DNA of 63,879 bases, filler included, from Reclinomonas americana ATCC 50394 (Eukaryota), in assembly GCA_048213135.1 (NCBI GenBank). It is 5 parts of 3 records of this genome, joined end to end, with 100 filler letters (N's around TTAATTAATTAA, not from the genome) between each part and the next. Parts side by side here need not be neighbours in the genome. Positions count along the whole stretch, not along the records: positions 1 to 12,563 come from PS015545.1; 4 more parts are not named here. One strand, written 5' to 3'. The notes under the pieces were generated by a model that saw only the letters and a program-made list of their open reading frames with translations, was not told the DNA's origin and searched no databases. The position numbers were made by a program, and so were the translations under genes. The first letter of the stretch is position 1, and each line of letters begins with the position of its first letter. Of the stretch, positions 1-11,646 are shown piece after piece.

Positions 1-43
1 AGGTGGAGGAGGAGGAGGGAAACCCCAAAGAGAACACACAAAC

Positions 44-741
44 CTCACGCGAGTCCTGCTTGCACGCCCAGTGCACACACGTACGCCGGCCCGGATCCTT
101 GTAGAGGAGATCCATGCCGCGCGCATGCAGATACGACATGACCTGCACGCGATTGTTGTGCGCCGCCCACTGCACCATATCGTGGCCCTCGGTGTCCACA
201 TGATACAGATCCGCACCGCACGCAATCAGAAAGTGCGCCACCAGCAGATTGCCATTCTGCACGGCCTGCATCAGCGGCGAGAAGCCGAACCGATCGGCCT
301 TGTGAATATTCGCACCCAGCTGCGTCAGGTAGTACACGACTTCCAGATGTCCGCCGGCCGCCGCCCACGCCAGCGGCGTCTGTCGGTTGTGCAGATCCTC
401 AATGTCAATGGAGACGACGCCGCGCTGCAGCAGAAACGCCACCAACTCCAAGTGCCCGTACAGACACGCCCAGTGGAGCGGCACTCGGCCCTGATCGTCC
501 GGCTCCGCGGCATTCGCTCCGCAGGACATCAGGTAGTGGAACAGCGGCAGATCGCCGTCGCGCAATGCGTGGTGAACCGTGAGACCTGAGCCGCGGAAGC
601 GCAAAAAGTGTCAGTCAGTTTGCTGTCTTGCTGACAACGTCACTCTCTCATTCTCAGACCTTTGTACTGGATCTGATACGAGGGCATGTGAGGAGGCATC
701 ATTGGCATGTGCATGCCGCCACCGCCACCACCAACAGGCGC
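44..741 (-). CDS. Ankyrin-repeat N-terminal exons (660-741, 44-585) of an Akr1/ZDHHC17-type palmitoyltransferase; contig probably inverted
   Basis: Minus strand reads GLTVHHALRDGDLPLFHYLMSCGANAAEPDDQGRVPLHWACLYGHLELVAFLL...QTPLAWAAAGGHLEVVYYL...FSPLMQAVQNGNLLVAHFL...TCVHWACKQDSRE, then a phase-0 GT donor. About 5 ankyrin repeats. Confidence 0.9.
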
Positions 742-1525
742 CTGAATGTGAAAAAGAGAGANNNNNNNNNNNNNNNNNNNNNNNNNNNNNNNNNNNNNNN
801 NNNNNNNNNNNNNNNNNNNNNNNNNNNNNNNNNNNNNNNNNNNNNNNNNNNNNNNNNNNNNNNNNNNNNNNNNNNNNNNNNNNNNNNNNNNNNNNNNNNN
901 NNNNNNNNNNNNNNNNNNNNNNNNNNNNNNNNNNNNNNNNNNNNNNNNNNNNNNNNNNNNNNNNNNNNNNNNNNNNNNNNNNNNNNNNNNNNNNNNNNNN
1001 NNNNNNNNNNNNNNNNNNNNNNNNNNNNNNNNNNNNNNNNNNNNNNNNNNNNNNNNNNNNNNNNNNNNNNNNNNNNNNNNNNNNNNNNNNNNNNNNNNNN
1101 NNNNNNNNNNNNNNNNNNNNNNNNNNNNNNNNNNNNNNNNNNNNNNNNNNNNNNNNNNNNNNNNNNNNNNNNNNNNNNNNNNNNNNNNNNNNNNNNNNNN
1201 NNNNNNNNNNNNNNNNNNNNNNNNNNNNNNNNNNNNNNNNNNNNNNNNNNNNNNNNNNNNNNNNNNNNNNNNNNNNNNNNNNNNNNNNNNNNNNNNNNNN
1301 NNNNNNNNNNNNNNNNNNNNNNNNNNNNNNNNNNNNNNNNNNNNNNNNNNNNNNNNNNNNNNNNNNNNNNNNNNNNNNNNNNNNNNNNNNNNNNNNNNNN
1401 NNNNNNNNNNNNNNNNNNNNNNNNNNNNNNNNNNNNNNNNNNNNNNNNNNNNNNNNNNNNNNNNNNNNNNNNNNNNNNNNNNNNNNNNNNNNNNNNNNNN
1501 NNTGCTTACGCACGCCGCTCTGCAG

Positions 1526-4432
1526 GTTCTCGAGTACTTGGTGGAGGTGCTGCCGGTGGAGGTGTTTTTCGACGCCGACAATGATGGATTCTTGCCGGTG
1601 GACTCGGACGTGTTCCGACACTTGCTGGCCGACCCCGATTCGGTGGTGCATCGGTACAAGGATGCCAGTTGCGTGCACTTTCTGTCAGTCTCTCCACTGA
1701 TTTCCATCCTTGTTCACCTCTGCCGTCTCTCGCGCAACGCAGTTGATCAGTACAGCAAGACTCGCTTGTCGGCCGATCACGATCGCTCGGGGTCGACGCA
1801 TACCTCGTCGCGACACTCGCACGACGTGGAGCGCACGGGTGGTGAGATTGACTGGAGCAAGCTGCGGTTTGCGCAGATCAAGCATGTTGCGTTGTCGTCA
1901 CGGAGGGGAGGGGAGGGAGGAGGGAGGAGGAGGGGGGGAGAGGGAAGGAAGGAGGAGGGAGCGGGCGGAAGAGCTTGCATGATTTCTCAGCGTAGAGAGA
2001 TGAACAGATCGTGTTGCTGTCCCCAGTCAGAAGCGAGAGCAAGGGAGTGGGAGTGATAGATGGAGACTTTGCATGTTCCTCTCAAGTTTTCTAATGACAG
2101 ACTCGCGCACATCGTGTTGCTGTCCCCAGTCAGAAGCGAGAGCAAGGGAGTGGGAGTGATAGATGGAGACTTTGCATGTTCTTCTCAAGCTTGCTAATGA
2201 CAGATTCACACACATCGTGTCGCTGTCTCCTGTGCGAAGAGACTGTATGTGTAGGAGAGAGAGAGAGAGAGAGAGAGGAGGGGGGGGGGGGACTTTGCAT
2301 TTTCTTCGCATATCTAGTGACTGGTGCTGACGGGTACGCTGTCTCGTCGACGTAGTTGCACCACACCAAGGGCGAGACGCAGATGATGGGCTTCTCGGCG
2401 GCGAAGCTGCTCTTCATGTGTGTTATCATGTGCGGCTTTGTCAACCCGGTGGTGTACTGGATCATGTTCTTCTTTGGCCTGTACCTGCTGACGCGCCTGG
2501 CGCGACGCACCGGCGAGGGCCGCAATATGCTCTTCTTCTCCTACATGGCCACCTACTACATCCCCGTGATGATTACCTACCTGTGGTGGTTTGGATGTTG
2601 CGTCTAGTTGCTTCCTTTTTTTTTGTTTGACCGCCCAGGCTCACCGGCTTTCTTGCACAGTGCACGACTTTGTGTCGTTCCTGTTTGTCACGTGCTGGAT
2701 CATCAGTTGGCCCAACCTCATCCGCACGCACATGTCGGATCCTGGTTTCATCTTTGCGAAACCGGAGCACTTGCGCGAGATCTTTTCGTGTGTGGAGAGG
2801 AAGATTCCGATCAACTGGAAGAAGGTGTGCCGCACATGCATGATGCTCCGGCCGCTGCGTAGCAAGCATTGCTCGGTGCGCAACTGCTGCATCGCGCGCT
2901 TTGATCACTACTGCGGGTGGACGGTGAATGCGATTGGTGCAGGTGAGTCTCGTCGTCCCTGTTGCATTGTTGTATTGTAAACTGTGCATTTCATCTCTCT
3001 CTCTCTCTTCTCAATGCGCAGGCAACCACCGCACGTTCTTGCTCTTCTCCATTGGCTTGATGTCGGCGTTCTTGCTGCACATGTACAAGATGGTGATGTT
3101 CATCTACCACCACAAGCTCATCACTGAGGGACTGTGGGAGATTGCGTTCCAGTCGCACACGGCCATGTTCAACTACATCACGGCCGAGATCTTCCTCGCC
3201 GGCTACCTCATCATTCTCAACGTGCAGCAGCTGATGATGGTCGGTCGCAACTTGACGGTCAACGAGATGATGAATGCCGGCAGATACGCCCACTTGCGCG
3301 ACCCCACCACCGGCGCCTTCCACAACCCGTTCAACATGGGTTTCTGGGGCAACATGCGGGTGCGTTCCGTGAGCATAGCAGAATGAGAACCACTCGATTC
3401 GCAGCGATGACTGATTCTCGTTGCATGCAGGAATTCTGGATGGGGCCGTCGCCGCCACTCATCTATGACGGCAGTGTCAGCATTCAGGGCACCATGGCCA
3501 TGACTCCGACGGCTGGCGGTGGTTGCGAGCACGGCTGCGAGCATGACCACGGCGGTGGTCGCGGTCACGCTGGCCACGGCCACTCGCACGGTCACCACCA
3601 GCACGGGCACGGGCACGGTCACGCGCATGGCGGACATGGTGGTCACCATCACGGCGGGCATTCGCACGGGCACGGTGGCCACGGAGGCCATGGTGACGGG
3701 CCGCCAACGGTCGACGTGGAGGAGCAGCAGCAATTGTACCAGATGCTGTCAAGAGGTTCGTGTGTTCGAAAACCGCATGCACAACTTGTGCACCGTTTTT
3801 TTATTTCATCGNNNNNNNNNNNNNNNNNNNNNNNNNNNNNNNNNNNNNNNNNNNNNNNNNNNNNNNNNNNNNNNNNNNNNNNNNNNNNNNNNNNNNNNNN
3901 NNNNNNNNNNNNNNNNNNNNNNNNNNNNNNNNNNNNNNNNNNNNNNNNNNNNNNNNNNNNNNNNNNNNNNNNNNNNNNNNNNNNNNNNNNNNNNNNNNNN
4001 NNNNNNNNNNNNNNNNNNNNNNNNNNNNNNNNNNNNNNNNNNNNNNNCCGATTCCTCAATCGATATGTTGTTGTTGTTATTCTTTGTTTCGACCCCCAAA
4101 CAGTGGTGGCCTCGCCTGGCGTGTCGCCTGTTGCCGCCGCACCTCCCGTTTCGATGCACCATCATCACCACCACGGCGGCGGCGGCGGCGGCGGCGGTGC
4201 CAGCAGCATGGGTGTGATGCCCGCTGTGCCACCAACGACGCACATGGGAGGCAAGGTGCAGCCGCGTGGCACATTCGCGCGCTTCAAAAAGTCAGCAGCG
4301 ACCACGGGCACCAGTGCAACCAACTCGGCCAACGGCGGTGGCGGTGCTGGCGGTTCGGCGCACCACCAACTGCAACAAATGGACTCATTACCGGCCGAGG
4401 TGGATCCCAACTGCGTCGCGCTTCCCGCGTGA
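1526..4432 (+). CDS. DHHC-family protein S-acyltransferase (DHYC variant), Akr1/TIP1-like, with His/Gly-rich C-terminal tail; multi-exon, gap inside
   Basis: Spliced exons give TM helices, CRTCMMLRPLRSKHCSVRNCCIARFDHYCGWTVNAIGAGNHRTF, NLTVNEMMNAGRY and NPFNMGFWGNM (DHHC-CRD, TTxE-like and PaCCT-like motifs). First exon VLEYLVEV... continues the last ankyrin repeat of the 44-585 exon. Confidence 0.92.
2008..2225. repeat. Intronic ~103-bp tandem duplication (2 copies plus a partial third)
   Basis: atcgtgttgctgtccccagtcagaagcgagagcaagggagtgggagtgatagatggagactttgcatgtt at ~2008 and ~2111. Confidence 0.85.
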
Positions 4433-5698
4433 GGCCGTGTGGATGTGAGTAATTATTGAGAGAGAGAGAGANNNNNNNNNNNNNNNNNNNNGAGAGAGAG
4501 GTGCGTGAGACGAGTGAACACCAATCCTTGTCCAGTTTCATCCCGTATGCCGGATTTGGTGTGCATGGTTGCTGCAAGGTCGCGCAACCACCGAACTCCG
4601 GTGCACATCATTCTTCTTTCTCTTCCTCCTTCTTTACCCCGCACCCTCACTGGCCACTGTTGACAGAGGCAGGAGTTGCGCACGCGCTGTCCGCATGTGG
4701 CAGAAAGAAAAAAATACCCATGACGTACGTGGTACGTAGACGCGGACGCGCGGCTTTGGCGGAGGCACATCACCACAGTGTCCTCCTCCTCCTCCTCCAC
4801 CCCCACCCCCACTGTCTTCCCCAAACACGCACCCCGCTTGAGTGAAATTGTCGTTTCGCATTTGGAAAGTCCCGTGACACAATCAACACACCGACAAAAC
4901 CCATTTTCGTGCGCGTTGGCAACCGCTGCTCCACACACAACTTTCATTCTGGTGAGTGCCTCCTCCTCCTTCTCCTTCTTCTCCTCTCCTCCTCCCCTTT
5001 CACATGTGTGTGTGCGTGTGGGGGCCTCCTGTATTTCCTTGATGCGAGAGTGAGTGTGTGTGCGATATGTTTGAATGAGAGGTCGTGTTTGCGGCGCGGG
5101 GTTTCTTCGCATGTCCTCCTTGTTGCACACACTACACTTCTCCCTCTCTCTCTCCCTCATTGTCGCACACACGCAGACACGCACACATACACAGTGCACA
5201 TGCATACACAGAGAGGGAGTGGAGCGCATATAAGCGGCACGCGCATTTAGCTTACAGCATCTGTTGAGACACACACCCGCGCGTACACTTGTGCACACAC
5301 ACAGTGTAGAGGAGCACACACACGCGCACACACACATGATGCGCAAAATGCGTGTGTGTGTCTGTTGCGTGTGGCGTGTGTGTGTTGACAGCATTATTGA
5401 TTCGCTTCAACCGTTTCAGTGTCTGTTCGTCTCTTGTTTCTTTTTTCATTTCCTTCTCGCGCACCGAATTGCACTCACACGCGCACACACACTCCTCTCT
5501 CTGCTCTCTCGCAATTTATTGCCACTCGTCACCACCTTGCTTCTCGCACTAGTCGATGCACTTGTGTCCCGCTTTATATGGCAGCAATTTTCTCGACAGA
5601 AACCGATGATTGCCTTCTTTTCCCGGCCGCCTTTTCCCAAAATCGGTGAATGTGACTTTGACCATTCTCCCCTTTCAGGTTCAACTCCTCGGCTCGTC

Positions 5699-6757
5699 AT
5701 GTCGTTTGTTCTCGCACACGGCTTGCAACAACAACAACAGCAACAACAACAGCAGCAACTGTCGCATCAGTCGCTACTGATGCACCCACACCACATGCAC
5801 GCGGCATCGCCGAGCAAGACTTCGTCGGTGGCCGCATTGCTCTCGCAGCACTCGCCACTGTTGCGCCCTCAGCAGCAGTTGGTGACGAGTCTTCCCTCGC
5901 TGTCGCATATGCTGGCGGGCGCGGATTCCCAGTTTGGCTTCGAGTACACGGCTGCTGCTCCTCTTCTGCACCATCATCATCATCACCATGTGGCGCAACC
6001 TACTGCCGCCACCGCCGCGCTCAACATCTCGCAGATGCTGGCGCTCCACTTGCAGCAGCAGCCGGCACAGTCGCCGGGCCTGGCGCCCGCCACTCCGCCC
6101 TCGCAGCCCCTCCCGGCACCCATTACCACTTCCGCGATATCGTCTTCTTCGTCCTCCTCGTCGTCTTCGTCGCCTCTGTCGGCCTCCAGCACGGCAACCA
6201 TGTTGGCCGCAGCGCGCGCGAGGCAGTTGGTGCGTGCCGCGTCCCCGGAACTGCCACTGGCACTCCTTTCGCGACCAATTGCCATGCCACCGACATCAGC
6301 GCAAATGTTGCCGACACCACCACCGCCACCGCCGCCACCAGTTCATTATCCGCAACAGCAGCAACAGCAGCAGTTGCGACGACCAGCAGCGGGCGGCAAC
6401 AAGAGGCGCCGCTCGTCCGCCGAGGCGTTTTCGCCATCCGGGGACGAAACCGAACGCATGTTCGTGAAGTCTACATCATCATCATCGCCGCCGCAGCCAC
6501 CGCGATCGGCGGTTGCTGTTGACAGCAGTGCGCTGGAGCCGCCACGGAAGCGCCGCTCGCCGTCGCACGCCGAGGTGCGGAAACCCGCGCGCAGCAGGCA
6601 ACCACCACAGTCGCTCAGGACAAGTGGTGGTGCGGCCGCGGCTGCAGCCGCCGCTACCACTGCTGCTGCTGCTGCGACGAATGCGTGGCAGTGCGCACGC
6701 ATGGACTCGCTGGTCGGCGCGCTGCTGTCGGCGGCGGAGGTTGTCGGTCGATCATGA
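5699..6757 (+). CDS. Intronless Q/H/P/S/A-rich low-complexity protein (352 aa), probably nuclear regulator
   Basis: Open frame MSFVLAHGLQQQQ...; basic clusters KRRR and PPRKRR; amphipathic end MDSLVGALLSAAEVVGRS*; GC-rich codons contrast with the AT/CA-rich flanks. Confidence 0.65.
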   Translation: MSFVLAHGLQQQQQQQQQQQLSHQSLLMHPHHMHAASPSKTSSVAALLSQHSPLLRPQQQLVTSLPSLSHMLAGADSQFGFEYTAAAPLLHHHHHHHVAQPTAATAALNISQMLALHLQQQPAQSPGLAPATPPSQPLPAPITTSAISSSSSSSSSSSPLSASSTATMLAAARARQLVRAASPELPLALLSRPIAMPPTSAQMLPTPPPPPPPPVHYPQQQQQQQLRRPAAGGNKRRRSSAEAFSPSGDETERMFVKSTSSSSPPQPPRSAVAVDSSALEPPRKRRSPSHAEVRKPARSRQPPQSLRTSGGAAAAAAAATTAAAAATNAWQCARMDSLVGALLSAAEVVGRS

Positions 6758-7017
6758 GTGTGTGTTCGATAAGTAGTGCTTGCTGTTGTTTAGAGAATTT
6801 GTGGTTGTTTGTATGTTTGTGTTTCCTTTCGTCAACTATTATTTGCTGCAATGCGCGCGCGTGTGTGTGTATGCCGCGCCACCGTGAGGGTTTCTTGAAA
6901 AGAAGAAAATGAAAATCCGTCCGTGAAGAATCCGAATCTTTTCTCACTTCGTTGCGCAAGCGCTCCACTGTTTCACTCTCCTCCCTCCATTCTCACTCCC
7001 TCACACACACTTAAAAC

Positions 7018-7832
7018 ATGCGATTCGTTGTTGGTTCGTCAATCACGACACGCAGCGATCGCGATGATTCGTTTTCTGCCTTTTGTTTTTCTTTGCTCAC
7101 TGTCCACTCTCGCAGGCGTCGACGGAAGCGACAGCAGCATGCAAGCTGCCGCGCGAGCAGCGCAACTGGCCAAGCCCGGCGATCTGATCCTGGTTTGCAC
7201 AGCACGCAAGCGAGTGAGAGAAAAGATGCGATCTATTGAATTGCTTTTTTTGCAGCTGCTCGGCGCAGTGCCCACGCCGTTCAAACTCGCCGTTGCGTGC
7301 ATAGCATACTCACTCGCTGTCTCTGTCACTGCCTACCTCACGCGCATCTGCGCAGATGGTGACGGAGGACGGCGACGCGGTCTTGTCTGACGAGCTCGAG
7401 GATCCGGACCCGGAGGCGGTGGCGAGCACGGCTGCGGTGCTGTCCAAGGCGGCCTCGCAGGTGACGCGAGCACTGCCGGAGGCGCACGGTGTGCTGGTGC
7501 AGGAGCGTGTAATGGCCGGCGATCCGCGATATGCGATTCTGGAGGCGGTCGATGAGGTCGGCGCCGACTTTGTGGGTGAGCTCTCGCGATCGCTCTGGTG
7601 TGAAAGCCTGCTGCTGACGTGTGGTGTGGTGGGCAGTGGTGGGCACGCAGAGCAAGGGCTTCATCAAGCGCATGATTGTCGGCTCGTTGCGTGCACGTGC
7701 TGTCCCTTCACTTCCCCTCCCGTCCTTACTGTGTACTCGTTGCGTGTAGCACGGCGGATTATCTTGTGCATCACGCGCCGTGCGCTGTCATTGTGGTGCG
7801 CGATGAGAAAACAGCCGGCAGTGAGTGAATGA
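7018..7832 (+). CDS. Universal stress protein (UspA family), 6 exons
   Basis: MRFVVG|VDGSDSSMQAAARAA...GDPRYAILEAVDEVGADFV|VGTQSKGFIKRMIVGS|TADYLVHHAPCAVIVVR; canonical USP motifs with phase-compatible GT-AG introns. Confidence 0.93.
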
Positions 7833-7860
7833 AGTCATCAGCGCACACTTCATTCCCGCG

Positions 7861-10800
7861 TTACACGCGAATGGTGATCGACTTGACTTCGGTGTACAGC
7901 TGCGCAGGTGTGCACGGTTCAGTTCACATGTCGGCATCAGCAGGGTGCTTGTGATGCATGCGCACACACCTGCAAGGCGTACTCGCCGCAATCGCGTCCG
8001 TAGCCAGACTCGCGATACCCTGCACCACCCACTGTCAGCATCAATCGTGGACGACAGACTTGCTCACTCTCATGCATACCTCCAAACGGCTGCTCGGCCC
8101 AGGAGGCATTGTAGCAGTTGACCCACTGTGCGGCGTACGTGTCAGTAGGCTGTTGTCTTTTCATCGCCGCGCATTTTGTCGGCAACTCACCACTGAGCCG
8201 GCCTGAGCATGCAGCGGAGCGCACGGATGAGAAAATATCTACAGGGCAGCAAGGCACACACACACACACACAAGTCACATGTACCTTCAAATTGTCGAGC
8301 AACGAAAATACTGCGCAGAGTGCACCAGTGAGGAAACAACACCTTGTATGACTGGTAAGGGGGAAAGCACAAGCACACCTCGTGTCACATCCTGCGTTTC
8401 GGTAGGAATGAAGAAAACAAATGTAATGAGCATGGAAACAATGCGCCAAGCACACACACACATAGATGCATACCTGTGTGAACACGGCCGCTGCAAGCCT
8501 GCACCAAAGAGATTAGTACCACTTCTAATCCACCTCACACATGTACAAGCAACTGACCCAAAATTGGAGGTGTTGGCGCGGAGAAGAGCCTCCTCGGGCT
8601 CATGGAAGCGGAACACAGACATTACGGGTCCTACACGCCCGACAGAGTGAGTGAGCAGGCCATCCACCAAGCAAGTGCACGCCGATTTAAATACCGAAAA
8701 TCTCCTCCTGCAAACACCGCACCATTAGTCATCGCCAGCAACACAAACTCATCACCGACGCACGTACCTTGGCGATGGACATGGAGTCGTTGACATTGGT
8801 GAACACGGTGGGTGCCACAAAGTAACCGCGGTCACCGATCCGATCGCCACCACACGCCAGTGTCGCACCCTCGGCTTTACCCTGCGTCGAGTGAGGCCGC
8901 GGAGATGACGCAATGTTCGACGCACGACTACAGCCTCACCTTCTGCACATAGCCGAGCACGCGGTCCAGTTGTTCCTGAGAAATCAAGGGGCCTTGCTCG
9001 ACCGACTCCTGGAACGGGTCGCCGACCTTGGCACGACGCTGTCGCGCCAGCTCCACCGTCATCTCCACAAACTGGTCGTACACCTTGTCATGCACAAAGA
9101 TGCGCGTGCCGGCAGAGCAGCTGTGGTGCACGTTGCGTGTGTCAAGCACCAACCGGCGAAGCGGGGACATGGGAGGGGGCGAAGCACGCAACACTTGACC
9201 GGCGTTGTAGAATGTGGCCTCCTGAATGACGCGCGCAGTGCGCTTGAGGTTGGCGTCGTCAAACACAATCACCGGACTCTGCGGCATGCAGTGAGCCACG
9301 CATCACGGTGACGGCGGCGCGAGTGCGAGATACGAGATACTCACCTTGCCACCGAGCTCCAGAGAACAGCGCTTCAGGTTGGACATGACGGCGGCTGCGA
9401 TTATTGGGAGACGGTCATGCTTACTGAAGAAACTCGTAGCCACACCGAAAAGGCAACCGTACCTTGCTGCACAAGGCGACCAACTTCCAAACTCCCTGTT
9501 GCACACACACACGTCATGTCACTTGTAGTCGACACACGCACACACGTCAATGATGGCATGCACACCAGTGAATGCGACCTTGTCAATATCCATGTGGCGG
9601 GAGATCATGGCGCCGGTGGCTCCGTCACCTGCGTGCACGTGCGCCCGTGAACAAAAGGGCAACGACAGCAATTTCACGCCGCATCACACACGCACCAGGG
9701 AGGACGTTGAATACGCCCGGCGGCACGCCGGCCTTCTCGCACAGCTCCGCAAAGGCAAGAGCAGTCAATGGCGTTTGCTCAGCTGGCCTGCACGTGAAAT
9801 GAGGTCATGCTGAGTTGCCATCCACGTGCGAATGCACGCGACGGTAAAGACGGAACTTGAGCGCTGCAACGAAGCACGCATGTGAGAGACTGTGGGTGGC
9901 CAGAGATCGAGGAACAAACATGGTGCGACACACCTACAGTGCAACCGATGGAGAGGGCCGGGGCCACCTTCCACGACAACTGAGAGCGGGTGCGAAATGA
10001 GCAGCGACACCCCACACGTCCTCACACACGGCGGCGCACACGCAACCATGTTGAGCTGTGGTAAGGAGGAGCACGAATCGATTGCGTTGTGAGTCTGACA
10101 AGGAGTGTGCTTTTCCCATGCCATGCAGGTGTTTTTCACGCACAGGGAAGTTCCTGCGCGCACAATCAAGTTGCTGTCAGACTTGTGATGAAAGAGAGTG
10201 AATTCGTGTGTGACAGTACCATGGGATGATGGCTCCTGATCATCCACATGAAAACAGCGACGTGAGCGACCGGCCACTGATGATCAACCACCGTGCAACC
10301 GTCAACTCTCACCGACGACTGCGTGCACGACACAGTCAGTCGCCACGCAACACACAGTCGCACTCAAATGACGCACGCACCTCCCACAGGCTCGTGATAC
10401 GTAAAGCTCTTGTACTGCACAACAACAATGCATCAATGAGCGCGACATCCACACCACATAGCCGCTCACCAACGCGTCGTTCGCTCACCCCCGGACCTGC
10501 ACACCAATGTCAGCCGACGCGGGATTCTCCAGAGGCATACCGCACGCACGCAACGAGTCTCAATGACCTTTCCGTTGACCTTGCCCGCCCTGACAACCTG
10601 CAATTCAGTACTGCACTTCTCCGCGCACTCGTGAACGCACACACCCGCTCACCATCTTCACCCCCCCATACACGATCCATTGACAGAATCGTCAGTGGAA
10701 CGTGAAGACCAGACACACACACATGCATACACGGAAACAACTCACCCAGCATCTGCAGGCACGGCAATGAGAAAGAAAGGAGGAGGAGGGAGGATCGGAA

Positions 10801-11439
10801 AAATACACGCAACAATAGCGAAAGTGCTCCGCAGTCAGCGGCACATCACCCGAGCGCGTGTCGGCCACCGGCTGCATGCGCACTCATTTGAGCACCTCTG
10901 CTACTCACAACAATGCGCAGACAGCAGTGTGCGCCTTTCCACCATCCAGCGACTCGAGCGTGGCCAGCCACTCGGCATTCTCCTCAATGAGATCCGCTAG
11001 ACGCGTCAGAATGCGACACCGATCAAGTGCCGGCGTGCGTCGCCACCTGCTCTCTCCCACCCGCATTAGGAGAGAGATGGACTGGTGACACACACACACA
11101 CACAAGAGACATGTGCGCAACGGATCGAAGGCGGCGCGAGCTGCACGCACGGCATCATCGACATCCTCTTGCCCGGCTTGCGACACCTGCACATAAGCGT
11201 GTGTGTGCGATGGAGTCGTGCGCGCGAAAACACGTGCCCCCTCTCCACTCGCGATCACGCACCTCACAGATGACGCTCTCGGTGGCGGGGTTGAGAGTGG
11301 GAAAGGTGCGGCCGGTGCGTGCGGCGCGGAACTCGCCGTTGATGTAGACTCCGGTGGAGCGTGGCAGACGCACACGCGACGCCGAGGCAGAGAACCAACG
11401 CATTGCCGTGATGGTGGTTCGAATCGCTGGCCGTTGCAT
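7861..11439 (-). CDS. Aldehyde dehydrogenase (ALDH1/2-like) with probable mitochondrial presequence; extremely intron-rich
   Basis: [25 protein letters not shown] presequence; [77 protein letters not shown]. Confidence 0.95.
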
Positions 11440-11646
11440 GAACGCAGATGAAGCGCTCTGCTGCTGCGCGCGAAATTGTAACGTTGAGTTGCAACGGCTA
11501 GCAAGAATTTCCATCGCTTTTTGCAAACTTCGTGAGCGAAGAGTGCGTGTGTGTTGTCTGTGTGGTGTTGCGCTGCTGTTGCATTTCCGTGTTGACTGTG
11601 AGTGAGAGTGAGAGTGCGATTGTTTGTTTTCGTTGAAAGAGATAGA

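Noticed and set aside
71..589. 172-aa plus-strand ORF
   Set aside because: Antisense shadow of the ankyrin-repeat exon on the minus strand.
579..1707. Long ORFs spanning N runs (and similar ones across other gaps)
   Set aside because: Artefacts of translating assembly gaps.
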